Below the pieces are notes generated by a model, which saw nothing but the letters and a program-made list of their open reading frames with translations, searched no databases and had not been told where the DNA came from. From an uncultured Chromatiaceae bacterium (GTDB taxonomy: Bacteria; Pseudomonadota; Gammaproteobacteria; JAADHS01), in the NCBI GenBank assembly GCA_964421045.1, contig CAYQVF010000011.1:1551-65550 (forward strand): 64,000 nt of DNA. The letters run 5' to 3'. A program made the translations under genes and the position numbers. How positions within the stretch are numbered: the stretch's first letter is position 1; each line of letters begins with the position of its first letter. Below, in pieces: positions 41,361 to 50,607 of this stretch.

Positions 41361-42065
41361 ATGAAAACTGAATCAAAAATTATTGTTGCATTGGATTATT
41401 CTAATGAATCTGATGCTTTAGCATTAGTAGAACAATTGGATCCAACACAATGTCGTTTAAAAGTGGGTAAAGAACTATTTACATCAGCGGGGCCGAATTT
41501 TGTTAAGCGTTTGGTTGATTCGCATTATGAGGTGTTTCTCGACTTAAAGTTTCACGATATTCCCAATACCGTTGCTAAAGCTTGTGCGGTGGCGGCAGAT
41601 TTAGGCGTGTGGATGATCAATGTTCATGCCTTGGGTGCTCGAAAAATGCTTGAAGCAGCAAGAGCCGCAGTTGATTCAAGACGGTCCAGCACCTTGTTGA
41701 TTGGCGTGACTATTCTCACCAGCATGGATAAAGAGGACTTGTCCGAAGTTGGGTTGAAGGGGAGTCCCGAGGTCAATGTATTACGTCTTGCACGTTTGGC
41801 GCAATCAGCTGGTCTGGATGGTGTGGTTTGTTCACCTCTTGAACTTAAGGTGTTGCGAGCCGAGTTGGGTGCGGGTTTTTTGCTGGTGACTCCGGGGGTT
41901 CGTCCAGCCGGTTCAGTTATTGGTGATCAAAAACGAATAATGACACCGGGTGAAGCGGTTTCGAACGGTGCGAACTACCTGGTTGTAGGTCGCCCCATTA
42001 CCTTGGCTGACAAGCCCTTAAGTGTTTTGCTTGCGCTATCAGAAGAAATTTGCTCTATGTCCTGA
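41361..42065 (+). CDS. pyrF: Orotidine-5'-phosphate decarboxylase
   Basis: Contains [14 protein letters not shown] and [10 protein letters not shown]. The start is either the ATG at 41361 or the GTG at 41355. Confidence 0.9.
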   Translation: MKTESKIIVALDYSNESDALALVEQLDPTQCRLKVGKELFTSAGPNFVKRLVDSHYEVFLDLKFHDIPNTVAKACAVAADLGVWMINVHALGARKMLEAARAAVDSRRSSTLLIGVTILTSMDKEDLSEVGLKGSPEVNVLRLARLAQSAGLDGVVCSPLELKVLRAELGAGFLLVTPGVRPAGSVIGDQKRIMTPGEAVSNGANYLVVGRPITLADKPLSVLLALSEEICSMS

Positions 42066-42173
42066 AATGTCAGATTGCTAATCTATATGCGTCGTTGCGA
42101 CACAAATTAAGTGCGAGGCGATGAATTTTCAATTGTTTGTTTTATAGATTACTGATAAAAATGGAGATAAAAC

Positions 42174-42470
42174 ATGAAGTTAAATTATTTTTTTAGTGGT
42201 ATTGCAGGGGTTTTAACGCTTGTTCTTTCAAGTAGTGTCGTTGCCGGGTCTAGCGTCAACATTAATTCAGCGAGCGGTGCCGAGTTAGCTGATGCGCTGG
42301 ATGGGGTGGGTTCGTTACGCGGCCAGGCGATTGTTGAGTTCCGTGAAACTTACGGTGATTTTCAGTCCGCTGAAGCTTTAACGCAAGTTAAAGGTATTGG
42401 TGTGAAAACAGTCGAACGAAACCGTGATTATATTATGATTGTTCCTGTTGCTACAGCAGCGGAGCAATAA
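42174..42470 (+). CDS. comEA: ComEA-family helix-hairpin-helix DNA-binding protein
   Basis: Signal peptide plus INSASGAELADAL...VKGIGVKTVERN. Confidence 0.8.
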   Translation: MKLNYFFSGIAGVLTLVLSSSVVAGSSVNINSASGAELADALDGVGSLRGQAIVEFRETYGDFQSAEALTQVKGIGVKTVERNRDYIMIVPVATAAEQ

Positions 42471-42486
42471 TTATTATGCATGGCAA

Positions 42487-42527
42487 GGCTACTTTTACAC
42501 ATATAGTGATGTAAAAGTAGCCTGTTT
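42487..42527 (+). terminator. Candidate comEA terminator
   Basis: GGCTACTTTTAC (42487-98) pairs with GTAAAAGTAGCC (42511-22), followed by TGTTTG. Confidence 0.45.
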
Positions 42528-42672
42528 GCAGAATTTGCTGCCATTTATATTCTCCTTTACACGGCAACGACCCCTGATTTAGAATAACGCCACTGTTCAT
42601 GCCGTGAACAATAAGTTTTTGTAGTTAAAATAGTCTTGATTTTATTATGTTGAACCAAAAAAGGGACGGCAG

Positions 42673-42684
42673 GGCGGTAGCGTG
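42673..42684 (+). promoter_or_regulatory. ops element (RfaH recruitment site) within a JUMPStart-like leader
   Basis: This is an exact GGCGGTAGCGTG. The wider context cagGGCGGTAGCGTG resembles the 3' half of the enterobacterial JUMPStart sequence. It lies 35 nt upstream of the first gene of a 15-kb same-strand polysaccharide locus. Confidence 0.7.
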
Positions 42685-42719
42685 TCTAAATCAGAAGCCG
42701 GGAGTGTGTTAGTCAATTA

Positions 42720-43070
42720 ATGACGGTTTTAACCGACGAAATTCGCTATCAGTTGTTTAAACAACTGGAGCGAAATCCAAATCTGACGCAGCGTGAGTTG
42801 GCTGAAGCACTGGGGATCAGTCTGGGTAAAACCAACTACTGCCTCAATGCACTGATCAATAAAGGGTGGATTAAGGTACGTAACTTTGGCTGTAGTCAAA
42901 GCAAGTTAGGTTATGCGTATCTTTTAACCAAAAAGGGCATGGAAGAAAAAGCCATAGTGACGATGCAGTTTTTTAGGCGCAAACAGCAGGAATATGATGA
43001 CTTGGTTAAAGAGCTCGATGCCTTACGCAAAGAAGCCGCACAGCTTGAGTCCATCACAGAGGGAGAATAG
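42720..43070 (+). CDS. MarR-family (EPS-locus-associated type) winged-helix regulator
   Basis: 116 aa. Contains LTQRELAEALGISLGKTNYCLNALINKGWIK and a coiled C-terminus. I recall this family as associated with EPS/exosortase loci. Confidence 0.7.
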   Translation: MTVLTDEIRYQLFKQLERNPNLTQRELAEALGISLGKTNYCLNALINKGWIKVRNFGCSQSKLGYAYLLTKKGMEEKAIVTMQFFRRKQQEYDDLVKELDALRKEAAQLESITEGE

Positions 43071-43074
43071 CAAG

Positions 43075-43572
43075 ATGCATCAGTGGTACGTTGTACAAAC
43101 CAAGCCGCGCAAAGAATCCGTGGCTGTCGAACACCTAGAGCGTCAAGGCTATATTGCTTATTGCCCACAAATCAGCAGTGCTCGTCATCGACGCAAACGC
43201 TGGCAGCAGATTACAGAACCTCTTTTTCCACGATACTTATTTGTGCAACTGAACAGGGGTGTCGATAATTTTAGTCCGATACGCTCTACTGTCGGTGTAC
43301 TCAACATGCTCCGGTTTGGTAATACGCCCGCGACGATTCAACATCGCGTGATTGAGGGTATTCAGCATCAAGAGCAATATCTCGTTGATGGTGCAAGCCA
43401 TCACCCGAATTGGGAACCCGGTGATAGTCTCGAAATTATTAATGGCCCTTTTGCGGGTATGAAGGGCTTGTTCGAGAGCAAAAGTGGCGAAGAGCGAGTG
43501 ATTGTTTTGCTGCAGCTACTAGGGCGGGATAACAAAATAACTGTTGCAACCCATGCTGTTGTTTCAGCATAG
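43075..43572 (+). CDS. RfaH-like NusG-paralogue transcription antiterminator
   Basis: MHQWYVVQTKPRKESVAVEHLERQGY (NGN domain) plus a C-terminal KOW-like region (GDSLEIINGPFAGMKGLF). The ATG at 43075 lies 4 nt after the MarR stop. The track start at 42994 is an upstream extension. Confidence 0.8.
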   Translation: MHQWYVVQTKPRKESVAVEHLERQGYIAYCPQISSARHRRKRWQQITEPLFPRYLFVQLNRGVDNFSPIRSTVGVLNMLRFGNTPATIQHRVIEGIQHQEQYLVDGASHHPNWEPGDSLEIINGPFAGMKGLFESKSGEERVIVLLQLLGRDNKITVATHAVVSA

Positions 43573-43827
43573 GGGCGAGAGCAGGTCGAGATATCAATTG
43601 TGTGTATCCTATCGTTCATGAATTGTGATTCAGAGCCGTGTCACTGCTTTTATAGCAGCATTCAAAACACGATATGCCTGTTTTCTAAAATCCACCAGGT
43701 TATCACTAGGACCTAATAGTTCGCTCGTGTCTTATATACTGCTCTAAAAGCCCTGAGCCTAATTTTTTATGTAACGATAGGGTATAATAATTGATATCTA
43801 AATTTAAACGAATACGGAAATAAACAT

Positions 43828-45300
43828 ATGGATTTGCAGCCCGTTATATTGTCAGGAGGGTCGGGAACCCGTCTTTGGCCACTTTCACGCGAACACTACC
43901 CCAAACAACTGTTGCCGCTCCATGGGGATGACACCATGTTGCAAGACACGGTTCTGCGGCTAGATGGGTTTTCGTTATCTGGAGACGTTGTGGCTGATGG
44001 CGCAATCAACCCCCCTTTGGTCATTTGCAATGAAGAACACCGGTTTTTAGTTGCAGAGCAAATTCGTCAACTCGGTAGACATTATGAAAAAATTTTGCTT
44101 GAACCGGTTGGCCGTAATACGGCTCCAGCGCTGACATTAGCCGCGCTGTCTATTGTCGAAGATCACGGCGATAGCATGATGCTGGTGATGCCCGCTGATC
44201 ATGTTATACAAAATAAAGCGTCATTTCACAATGAAGTACAACAAGGCTTTGATGTTGCATCTCAAGGGGCTTTAGTTACTTTTGGTATTGTGCCCACAGC
44301 CCCAGAAACAGGCTATGGATACATCAAAAAAGGTGAGCTATACACTATACAAGGTGCAAAAAATGCCTTTTCCTTGGCGGCTTTTGTTGAAAAACCTGAT
44401 TTAGAACGCGCAACAATGTATTTAGAATCAGGTGAGTATTTATGGAATAGCGGTATGTTTATGATGCAGGCAACAACCTGGTTGACGGCCATTGAACAGT
44501 TCAACCCCGGTATGGCTCAGGCCTGTCGTATGGCCTATGAAAATGGAGAAGTAGATAGCGATTTTTACCGAGTGGATGCAGAAGCTTTTCAGAATTGTCC
44601 CAATGACTCCATTGATTACGCGGTGATGGAGCATGTTACAGAATCTACGACTATCGATGCTTTATCTGCTGTGGTTATTCCCTTGGATGCCGGGTGGTCC
44701 GATGTGGGTACCTGGCCCGCTTTATGGGAAATTGGTAAGCAAGACGAACAAGGTAATGTTGTTAAAGGGGATGTTTATGCCTTTAATACAAAAAACACCT
44801 TAGCGTTATCAGAGTCTCGTTTGGTTGCGATGGTTGGGTTAGAAGATGCCATTGTTATAGAAACAGCGGATGCCGTTTTAGTTGCTCACAAAGACCATGC
44901 ACAAGATATTAAACTTGTCGTCAATCGGCTTAAAGAAGAAGGGCGAACACAGCATCAAATGCATCAACAAGTTTCCCGTCCCTGGGGAACCTACGAAGGC
45001 ATTGATCGCGGCGATCGTTTTCAGGTCAAGCGCATCACGGTTAATCCCGGTGCCGCATTATCATTACAAATGCATTATCACCGTGCCGAACACTGGATTG
45101 TAGTCAGAGGCACAGCCAAAGTCACCAAAGGCGATGAAGAAATTTTACTCACTGAAAATCAATCGACCTATATTCCGTTAGGGGTGACACATCGACTAGA
45201 AAACCCGGGCAAAGTGCCTTTAGAGTTAATCGAAGTTCAGTCAGGGAGTTATTTGGGTGAAGATGACATTGTGCGATTTGAAGATGTTTATGGCCGGTGA
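43828..45300 (+). CDS. manC: Mannose-1-phosphate guanylyltransferase / mannose-6-phosphate isomerase
   Basis: Contains ILSGGSGTRLWPLSR, a C-terminal cupin region (RPWGTYE, VKRITVNPGAALSLQMHYHRAEHWIVV) and EDDIVRFEDVYGR. Confidence 0.92.
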   Translation: MDLQPVILSGGSGTRLWPLSREHYPKQLLPLHGDDTMLQDTVLRLDGFSLSGDVVADGAINPPLVICNEEHRFLVAEQIRQLGRHYEKILLEPVGRNTAPALTLAALSIVEDHGDSMMLVMPADHVIQNKASFHNEVQQGFDVASQGALVTFGIVPTAPETGYGYIKKGELYTIQGAKNAFSLAAFVEKPDLERATMYLESGEYLWNSGMFMMQATTWLTAIEQFNPGMAQACRMAYENGEVDSDFYRVDAEAFQNCPNDSIDYAVMEHVTESTTIDALSAVVIPLDAGWSDVGTWPALWEIGKQDEQGNVVKGDVYAFNTKNTLALSESRLVAMVGLEDAIVIETADAVLVAHKDHAQDIKLVVNRLKEEGRTQHQMHQQVSRPWGTYEGIDRGDRFQVKRITVNPGAALSLQMHYHRAEHWIVVRGTAKVTKGDEEILLTENQSTYIPLGVTHRLENPGKVPLELIEVQSGSYLGEDDIVRFEDVYGR

Positions 45301-45362
45301 GTTTTACCTCCGTTTGGCCGGCTCAATTTTAGCCATTACAAATTATAGATAGGACGTCTTCA

Positions 45363-46481
45363 TTGGATAAAAAAACTAGCACACAACCCATTCCGGTATA
45401 TTTCGCCCCGACAATGAATGAAAGCGACGAAATCAGTCTAGTTGATTTATGGTGCGTGATTGTTAGGCGAAAAATAATTATTTTAGTTAGTTTTCTTGTG
45501 TCTGTGTTACTTATGTTGGTTTATCTGTTTTTTGCGGAACCTGTCTATAAAGCGAATACCACTCTGTTACCGCCACAGCAGGAACAAATTCAAGCTTTAT
45601 TGATAAACCTACAAGGAATAGAAGGTGTTGATGATGATCGATACACGGTGGAGAGTGTGTACACGACTTTTCTTAATAACTTAAATTCTCAAGGCATGCG
45701 TCGTGAATTTTTCGACAGTCACGGTTTGATCAAACACTATGTCGATGGTGCTTCAACGGAAAAAATTAATGCCGACCGTGTTTTCGAGGAGCTGTTTAAT
45801 GAACGACTTACGGTACAAGCTGATCTGGAAAATACGTTGTTTGTGACGGTGAGTTTCAGTGACAGCAATCCGGAATTGGCGGCAGAATGGTTAAATCAGA
45901 TAGTTGATACAGCCAACAAACGTACCGTTTTCCAATTGTCTGATGATATCAATGCGGCGATTCAGTCAAAAATCACTCAAATTCGTACGCGATTGAATAA
46001 TAAGTTGAGATTTTCTGAACAAAAAAGACATGACAAAGTTGTCGCCTTAAAAGAAGCGTTGCTCATTGCTGAAGCGCTGGATATTAAGGACACGGGTACA
46101 TTCACCAGCATGATGAAACAAACGACATCAGAACTGGTTATTAATACGAGCCAGATCCCTTTGTATATGAGGGGGATAAAAGCGTTGGGAGAAGAAATAT
46201 CAGTGCTTGAAAAAAGAAAATCGGATGCGCCTTTTAATGAAGTATTTCGCGATCTTCAAGAAAAACTCGCTTATATGGAAGCGATTTCGGTAAAACCTGA
46301 GTTCTTGTCATCTGTTACAATCGATGTCACTGCGCATATTCCTTATCAAATAGAAAAGCCCCGAAAACGTCTTTTGCTGATCATCGCAGCGATGCTGGGT
46401 TTTATGGTTGGTATATTTTTGGTGTTTGTCGCTGAATTTAGGTCAAAAATGAGTAATGAGCATAAAAAAAATGTGGCGTAG
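45363..46481 (+). CDS. wzz: Wzz-type polysaccharide chain-length determinant
   Basis: Has an N-terminal DEISLVDLW motif plus TM, a long periplasmic coiled region, and a C-terminal PRKRLLLIIAAMLGFMVGIFLVF TM. The start is TTG at 45363, or possibly the ATG at 45414. Confidence 0.75.
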   Translation: MDKKTSTQPIPVYFAPTMNESDEISLVDLWCVIVRRKIIILVSFLVSVLLMLVYLFFAEPVYKANTTLLPPQQEQIQALLINLQGIEGVDDDRYTVESVYTTFLNNLNSQGMRREFFDSHGLIKHYVDGASTEKINADRVFEELFNERLTVQADLENTLFVTVSFSDSNPELAAEWLNQIVDTANKRTVFQLSDDINAAIQSKITQIRTRLNNKLRFSEQKRHDKVVALKEALLIAEALDIKDTGTFTSMMKQTTSELVINTSQIPLYMRGIKALGEEISVLEKRKSDAPFNEVFRDLQEKLAYMEAISVKPEFLSSVTIDVTAHIPYQIEKPRKRLLLIIAAMLGFMVGIFLVFVAEFRSKMSNEHKKNVA

Positions 46482-46512
46482 TCGCTATAAAGTGCTAAAT
46501 TGATATTGATAG

Positions 46513-46925
46513 TGATCCCCAGATTTTGGACAGTAGTATAAGATAGAGCCACTGTCAAAAAAAGGGATAATATGAAGCGCAAAAAATTTAGTAAAAAATA
46601 CAAAGGCCAAGGTCACACTGGAGGCGTTAAAAGGAAATAAAACAGTCAATGAACTGGCTGCGGAATACGAGGTTCATAGCACGCAGATCAACACCTGGAA
46701 AAAAGAACTCCAACAAGGTGCGAGTGATCTATTCAGTCGATCAAAGGGTCAAGACGTCAGTGAACTTGAGGAAGACTGGCTAAAAAAAAGACCGGACATC
46801 TCGATTAAGTCTGGAGGAAAAATGCGCAATGATAGACACAAATTATCCAGAGTTAAGTGTCGTTCGGCAGTGCGAATTACTGAGCCTGGCTCGCCCACGA
46901 GCTTATCAACAACGGACTAATTAGA
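46513..46925 (+). mobile_element. Decayed, truncated IS3-family insertion sequence remnant
   Basis: An IRL-like TGATCCCCAGATTTTGGACAG lies at 46513. The orfA-like reading MKRKKFSKK / KAKVTLEALKGNKTVNELAAEYEVHSTQINTWKKELQQGASDLF is split by a frameshift. An orfB-start-like LSLEEKCAMIDTNYPELSVVRQCELLSLARPRAYQQRT sits in another frame, and the rest of the transposase is absent. Confidence 0.8.
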
Positions 46926-47152
46926 TTGCAACAATAAGATTTATATCTTAATTTTTTGAATTACTGTCTTGATTATGGGGTCTACTTTAGTCAGCAGCGT
47001 AGGCTGCTGATCAACTGGCATACCGGTTTACCAAGTTGTAAGACAGCATAAAAATGAAATTTTATCCTAAACGAAACAGACATCACCGTTGTGAATGTCG
47101 ATGCACCTCTTTTAACTGATGACATTGAAAGCACTGCGCAGGGAGTTTTTAT

Positions 47153-48592
47153 TTGTTAGTGCGTCATAGCGCCCTCTACGTGCTGGCGCGCGGTGGACCG
47201 GGCTTGATCAATTTTCTTGCGCTAGTCCTGTATACGCGATTGCTGACGCCGGAGCAATATGGGCAATACGCGCTTGTCCTTGCGGGATTGGGATTGGTTC
47301 AGGTTGTCGGCTTTCAGTGGTTGGGGCTGTGTCTGGCTCGTTTCCTCCCGGCAAACAGTGACGCGCCAGGACGCTTCCTGTCTGAAATAAAATTTCTTTT
47401 CGCTACGCTTGCCTTTCTCTTCAGTGCTGTGGGTTTAGTGGTCGCGCTACTGTGGCCAGATCCAGTTTGGCAACGTTTGCTTGCCCTTGCGGTTCCGCTG
47501 CTTATCGCCCATGCATGGTTCGAACTTAACCTGATTCATGCAGCGGCAGCACTCAAACCTAGCCTTTATGGCCGCATTAATCTGACTAAGTCAGCAGTCG
47601 CCTTGGCTCTGGGTTCACTCCTTGCCTGGGTTGGGTTGGGTGCCTACTCGCCTTTATGGGGCTTGTTGCTAGGAGCAAGCCTATCAACCCTGGTTGTTGG
47701 TCGTGGTATCTGGCAGGGTGTCAAATTTATCCGACCTGATCCCGAGAAGATCAAAATGCTGTTTGCATACGGAATGCCCCTGGCTGCCAACTTTGCTTTG
47801 GTATGGGTGGTCGCTAGTTCCGATCGTTTTTTGCTAGGCTGGTTACTCGATGTGGGTTCGGCAGGCCAGTATGCCGTGGGTTATGATCTTGCGCAGCATT
47901 CTATCGGTATGTTGCTGATGATCGTCAATCTTGCGGCTTATCCTCTCGCAATCCACGCCCTCGAGCGGAGTGGTGCAGAAGCTGCGCGGGTTCAGTTGCG
48001 GAAAAATGGCGCGGTTATCTTCAGCATGGCCTTTGCAGCGTCGGCGGGTGTCGCTGTTTTGGCTCCTCTGCTTGGAGGATTGCTGCTTGGTGCTGAATAT
48101 CGCGATACCGCAATTGAACTGTTGCCATGGGTCGCGCTTGCCGCGGCGTTGTCGGGAGTTAAAGCCTATTATTTTGATATCGCTTTTCATCTTGGTCGTG
48201 GCACGGTAAAACTGGTATGGATTTCGGTGGCTGCTGCATTTGTCAATGTTATTTTTAATCTCGTATGGATTCCGCATTACGGTATATTAGGCGCCGCCTA
48301 TGCGACGGTGTTGGCGTACCTCGTGGGCACGGTAGCTAGTGCTTGGCTTGGACGCCATTTTTTCGTTTTGCCAAATGTCATTCCCCTCGTGGTGTCGGCG
48401 TTGATTGTTGCAATCCCCAGCGCTGCTGCTGCCTGGTTTGCGATGCAGTACGATGGCTGGATTGGTCTTGGCCTTGGGCTGCTGGCTGGTATGTTAGCGG
48501 CGATGCTGTGTGCCATTAGCATTAATCTCGTTGGGATAAGGCATGGGTTACATCGATGGCTTCAATCGCAGAAAGCGAATCATCGCTTGTGA
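47153..48592 (+). CDS. wzx: Wzx-like oligosaccharide flippase (MOP superfamily)
   Basis: 479 aa with about 12-14 hydrophobic segments. The N-terminus (LARGGPGLINFLALVLYTRLLTPEQYGQYAL) is typical of polysaccharide biosynthesis/flippase proteins. TTG start. Confidence 0.72.
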   Translation: MLVRHSALYVLARGGPGLINFLALVLYTRLLTPEQYGQYALVLAGLGLVQVVGFQWLGLCLARFLPANSDAPGRFLSEIKFLFATLAFLFSAVGLVVALLWPDPVWQRLLALAVPLLIAHAWFELNLIHAAAALKPSLYGRINLTKSAVALALGSLLAWVGLGAYSPLWGLLLGASLSTLVVGRGIWQGVKFIRPDPEKIKMLFAYGMPLAANFALVWVVASSDRFLLGWLLDVGSAGQYAVGYDLAQHSIGMLLMIVNLAAYPLAIHALERSGAEAARVQLRKNGAVIFSMAFAASAGVAVLAPLLGGLLLGAEYRDTAIELLPWVALAAALSGVKAYYFDIAFHLGRGTVKLVWISVAAAFVNVIFNLVWIPHYGILGAAYATVLAYLVGTVASAWLGRHFFVLPNVIPLVVSALIVAIPSAAAAWFAMQYDGWIGLGLGLLAGMLAAMLCAISINLVGIRHGLHRWLQSQKANHRL

Positions 48593-48638
48593 CCAGGTAT
48601 TTTTTTGTTTTTGACTAATGTAATTATGAGGCGAGTCA

Positions 48639-49514
48639 ATGAATCATAAGATGCTACTTTTTCTCCGAAAAGCGACGATCAAGGTTAAGTCAGTTCCAGG
48701 TTCCGTATTGGTACTGAACTTGATTCGTCGCTATTTCATCAAGAAACCGCTATCAGTAAAAATCGATAACTTTGATGGTGATCTGATGATTAATTTGCGC
48801 CTCAACGAACACATGCAGAGCCAAATATTCTGGTACGGTTTCTATAGCAGAGATATTCTGTTGGTTCTCCGGGGTCTTTTAAGACCCGGGATGGTTGTAA
48901 TCGACGCGGGAGCGAATATAGGAGAGATCACTCTGGTAGCAGCCAAGATGGTTGGCGAATCAGGTCACGTTTACTCTTTTGAACCTCAATCAGAAGTTGC
49001 TGAGGAGTTATCTCAAAACGTGCGTCTGAATAATTTCAACCAGGTTTCTATCCAGAAGAAAGGCCTTTCAGATGAAGCCGGGGATAAGGAAATTTATCGT
49101 GCGTCAGCTGATTTTCATGATGGTTCCAAGCATGAAGGGTTAGCTACACTGTATCCATCGGAGAAGCGTGGGGCAAAAGCTGGTGTAATTAATTTGGTGA
49201 CCCTTGATGATTTTTGCGAGCAGACTGATCTCAAACAGTTGAATCTGATTAAAATAGATATTGAAGGGGCGGAGTTACCTGCCTTGAAAGGTAGCATTGA
49301 GACGTTGCGGCGTTTCATGCCGTATATCATAGTCGAGGTTCAACAGGAGACTGCAAGTCAAGCTGGCTACAACGCCACAGATATTTTGACGTTATTACAT
49401 CCCATGGGCTATCGGTTTGACGTAATAGGAAGAAAGGGTCGGTTGCATCCCGTGGATGTAACTTCTCTTGGACGGTTTCAGAATATTCTTTGTTCTCCTG
49501 TAGGGGGGAATTAA
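48639..49514 (+). CDS. FkbM-family methyltransferase
   Basis: Contains VIDAGANIGE, YSFEP and IDIEGAELPALKG. Confidence 0.8.
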   Translation: MNHKMLLFLRKATIKVKSVPGSVLVLNLIRRYFIKKPLSVKIDNFDGDLMINLRLNEHMQSQIFWYGFYSRDILLVLRGLLRPGMVVIDAGANIGEITLVAAKMVGESGHVYSFEPQSEVAEELSQNVRLNNFNQVSIQKKGLSDEAGDKEIYRASADFHDGSKHEGLATLYPSEKRGAKAGVINLVTLDDFCEQTDLKQLNLIKIDIEGAELPALKGSIETLRRFMPYIIVEVQQETASQAGYNATDILTLLHPMGYRFDVIGRKGRLHPVDVTSLGRFQNILCSPVGGN

Positions 49515-49515
49515 G

Positions 49516-50607
49516 TTGCGAGTGGCGATCTTTTTGCCTTCTCTCCGCGGTGGTGGGGCAGAGCGCGTAATGCTTTACCTTGCTCAGGGGTTTGCGGAGA
49601 AGGGTTATGAGTTGGATCTCGTTCTGGCCAAATGCGAAGGTTCGTATCTGAACGAGGTGCCGGAAAACATCAATGTTGTGGATCTGAAAGCAGAGCGGGT
49701 TGTTACAGCTCTGCCGGCACTGGTGCGCTACCTGCGTAGGGCGCAACCTGTCGCGTTGCTCTCCGCCATGGATCATTCCAACATCATCGCGCTTTGGGCA
49801 CGAAAGTTTGCCAAGGTTCGAGTGCGCGCTGTCGTGAGTGTACATACTACGTTTTCTTTAGGTGCGAAAAATTCAAATAGCCGAGCTCGGCTGATCCCCT
49901 ATATCGCGCGTTGGTGTTATGGGTGGGCGGATGGCATTGTTGCGGTATCTCAGGGGGCGGCCGATGATTTAAGCAATACTATTGGCCTGCCCCGTGAAAG
50001 AATACGTGTAATTTACAATCCCGTCGTTGTGCCTGGGCTTTTCAAACAGGCTATGGAGTTAGTGGACCACCCGTGGTTTCTTACCAGTGAGCCGCCGGTC
50101 GTGCTTAGTGTTGGTCGGTTGACCACCGCTAAAGACTATCCCACGCTGCTACAGGCTTTTTCTCTAGTGATAAAGGAGCGTCCAGCGCGATTGGTTATCC
50201 TTGGCGAAGGTGAGGCGCGGGCTGAACTTGAAACGATGGTGCAGAACTTGGGTCTTGAACATGTTGTAAGTCTTCCTGGCTTTGCAAAGAACCCTTATGC
50301 CTATATGTCCAAAGCGAGAGTGTTTGTGCTGTCGTCGCTCTGGGAAGGGTTTGGCAACGTATTGGTTGAAGCAATGGCCTGCGGGACACCAGTGGTAAGC
50401 ACAGACTGCCCCAATGGACCAGCAGAAATTCTCGAAAACGGTCGTTGGGGACAACTGGTGCCAACAGGCGATGCGGATGCGCTTGCTGCCGCCATCATGG
50501 TGGCATTGGATGACTCCAACCCCATAGACGTTGCTCACCGCGCGATGGATTTTACCGCTGATCAGGCGGTTTTGGGGTATTTGACTGCGCTGGGTTTGGA
50601 AACATGA
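49516..50607 (+). CDS. Glycosyltransferase family 4 (GT-B)
   Basis: N-terminal LPSLRGGGAERV. The C-terminus has the E-x7-E region SSLWEGFGNVLVEAMACGTPVVSTD. Confidence 0.85.
   Translation: MRVAIFLPSLRGGGAERVMLYLAQGFAEKGYELDLVLAKCEGSYLNEVPENINVVDLKAERVVTALPALVRYLRRAQPVALLSAMDHSNIIALWARKFAKVRVRAVVSVHTTFSLGAKNSNSRARLIPYIARWCYGWADGIVAVSQGAADDLSNTIGLPRERIRVIYNPVVVPGLFKQAMELVDHPWFLTSEPPVVLSVGRLTTAKDYPTLLQAFSLVIKERPARLVILGEGEARAELETMVQNLGLEHVVSLPGFAKNPYAYMSKARVFVLSSLWEGFGNVLVEAMACGTPVVSTDCPNGPAEILENGRWGQLVPTGDADALAAAIMVALDDSNPIDVAHRAMDFTADQAVLGYLTALGLET

Noticed and set aside
42994-43074. Upstream extensions of track ORFs: rfaH-like from 42994, rpmB from 61337, methyltransferase from 54047, epimerase from 56093, aqpZ from 62219, rpsA from 37417
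   Set aside because: In each case, a downstream ATG with a better Shine-Dalgarno sequence, or with stop/start coupling, gives the N-terminus typical of the family. The extensions overlap the upstream gene or a pseudogene.
46346-46603. 85-aa minus-strand ORF spanning the wzz 3' end and the IS remnant
   Set aside because: It is a hydrophobic shadow of the Wzz C-terminal TM coding region. It crosses an element boundary and has no support.
46971-46990. TGATTATGGGGTCTAC considered as the right inverted repeat of the IS3-family remnant
   Set aside because: Only about 7 of 12 positions match the reverse complement of the putative left repeat at 46513. That is too weak to call, so the right end is treated as deleted.
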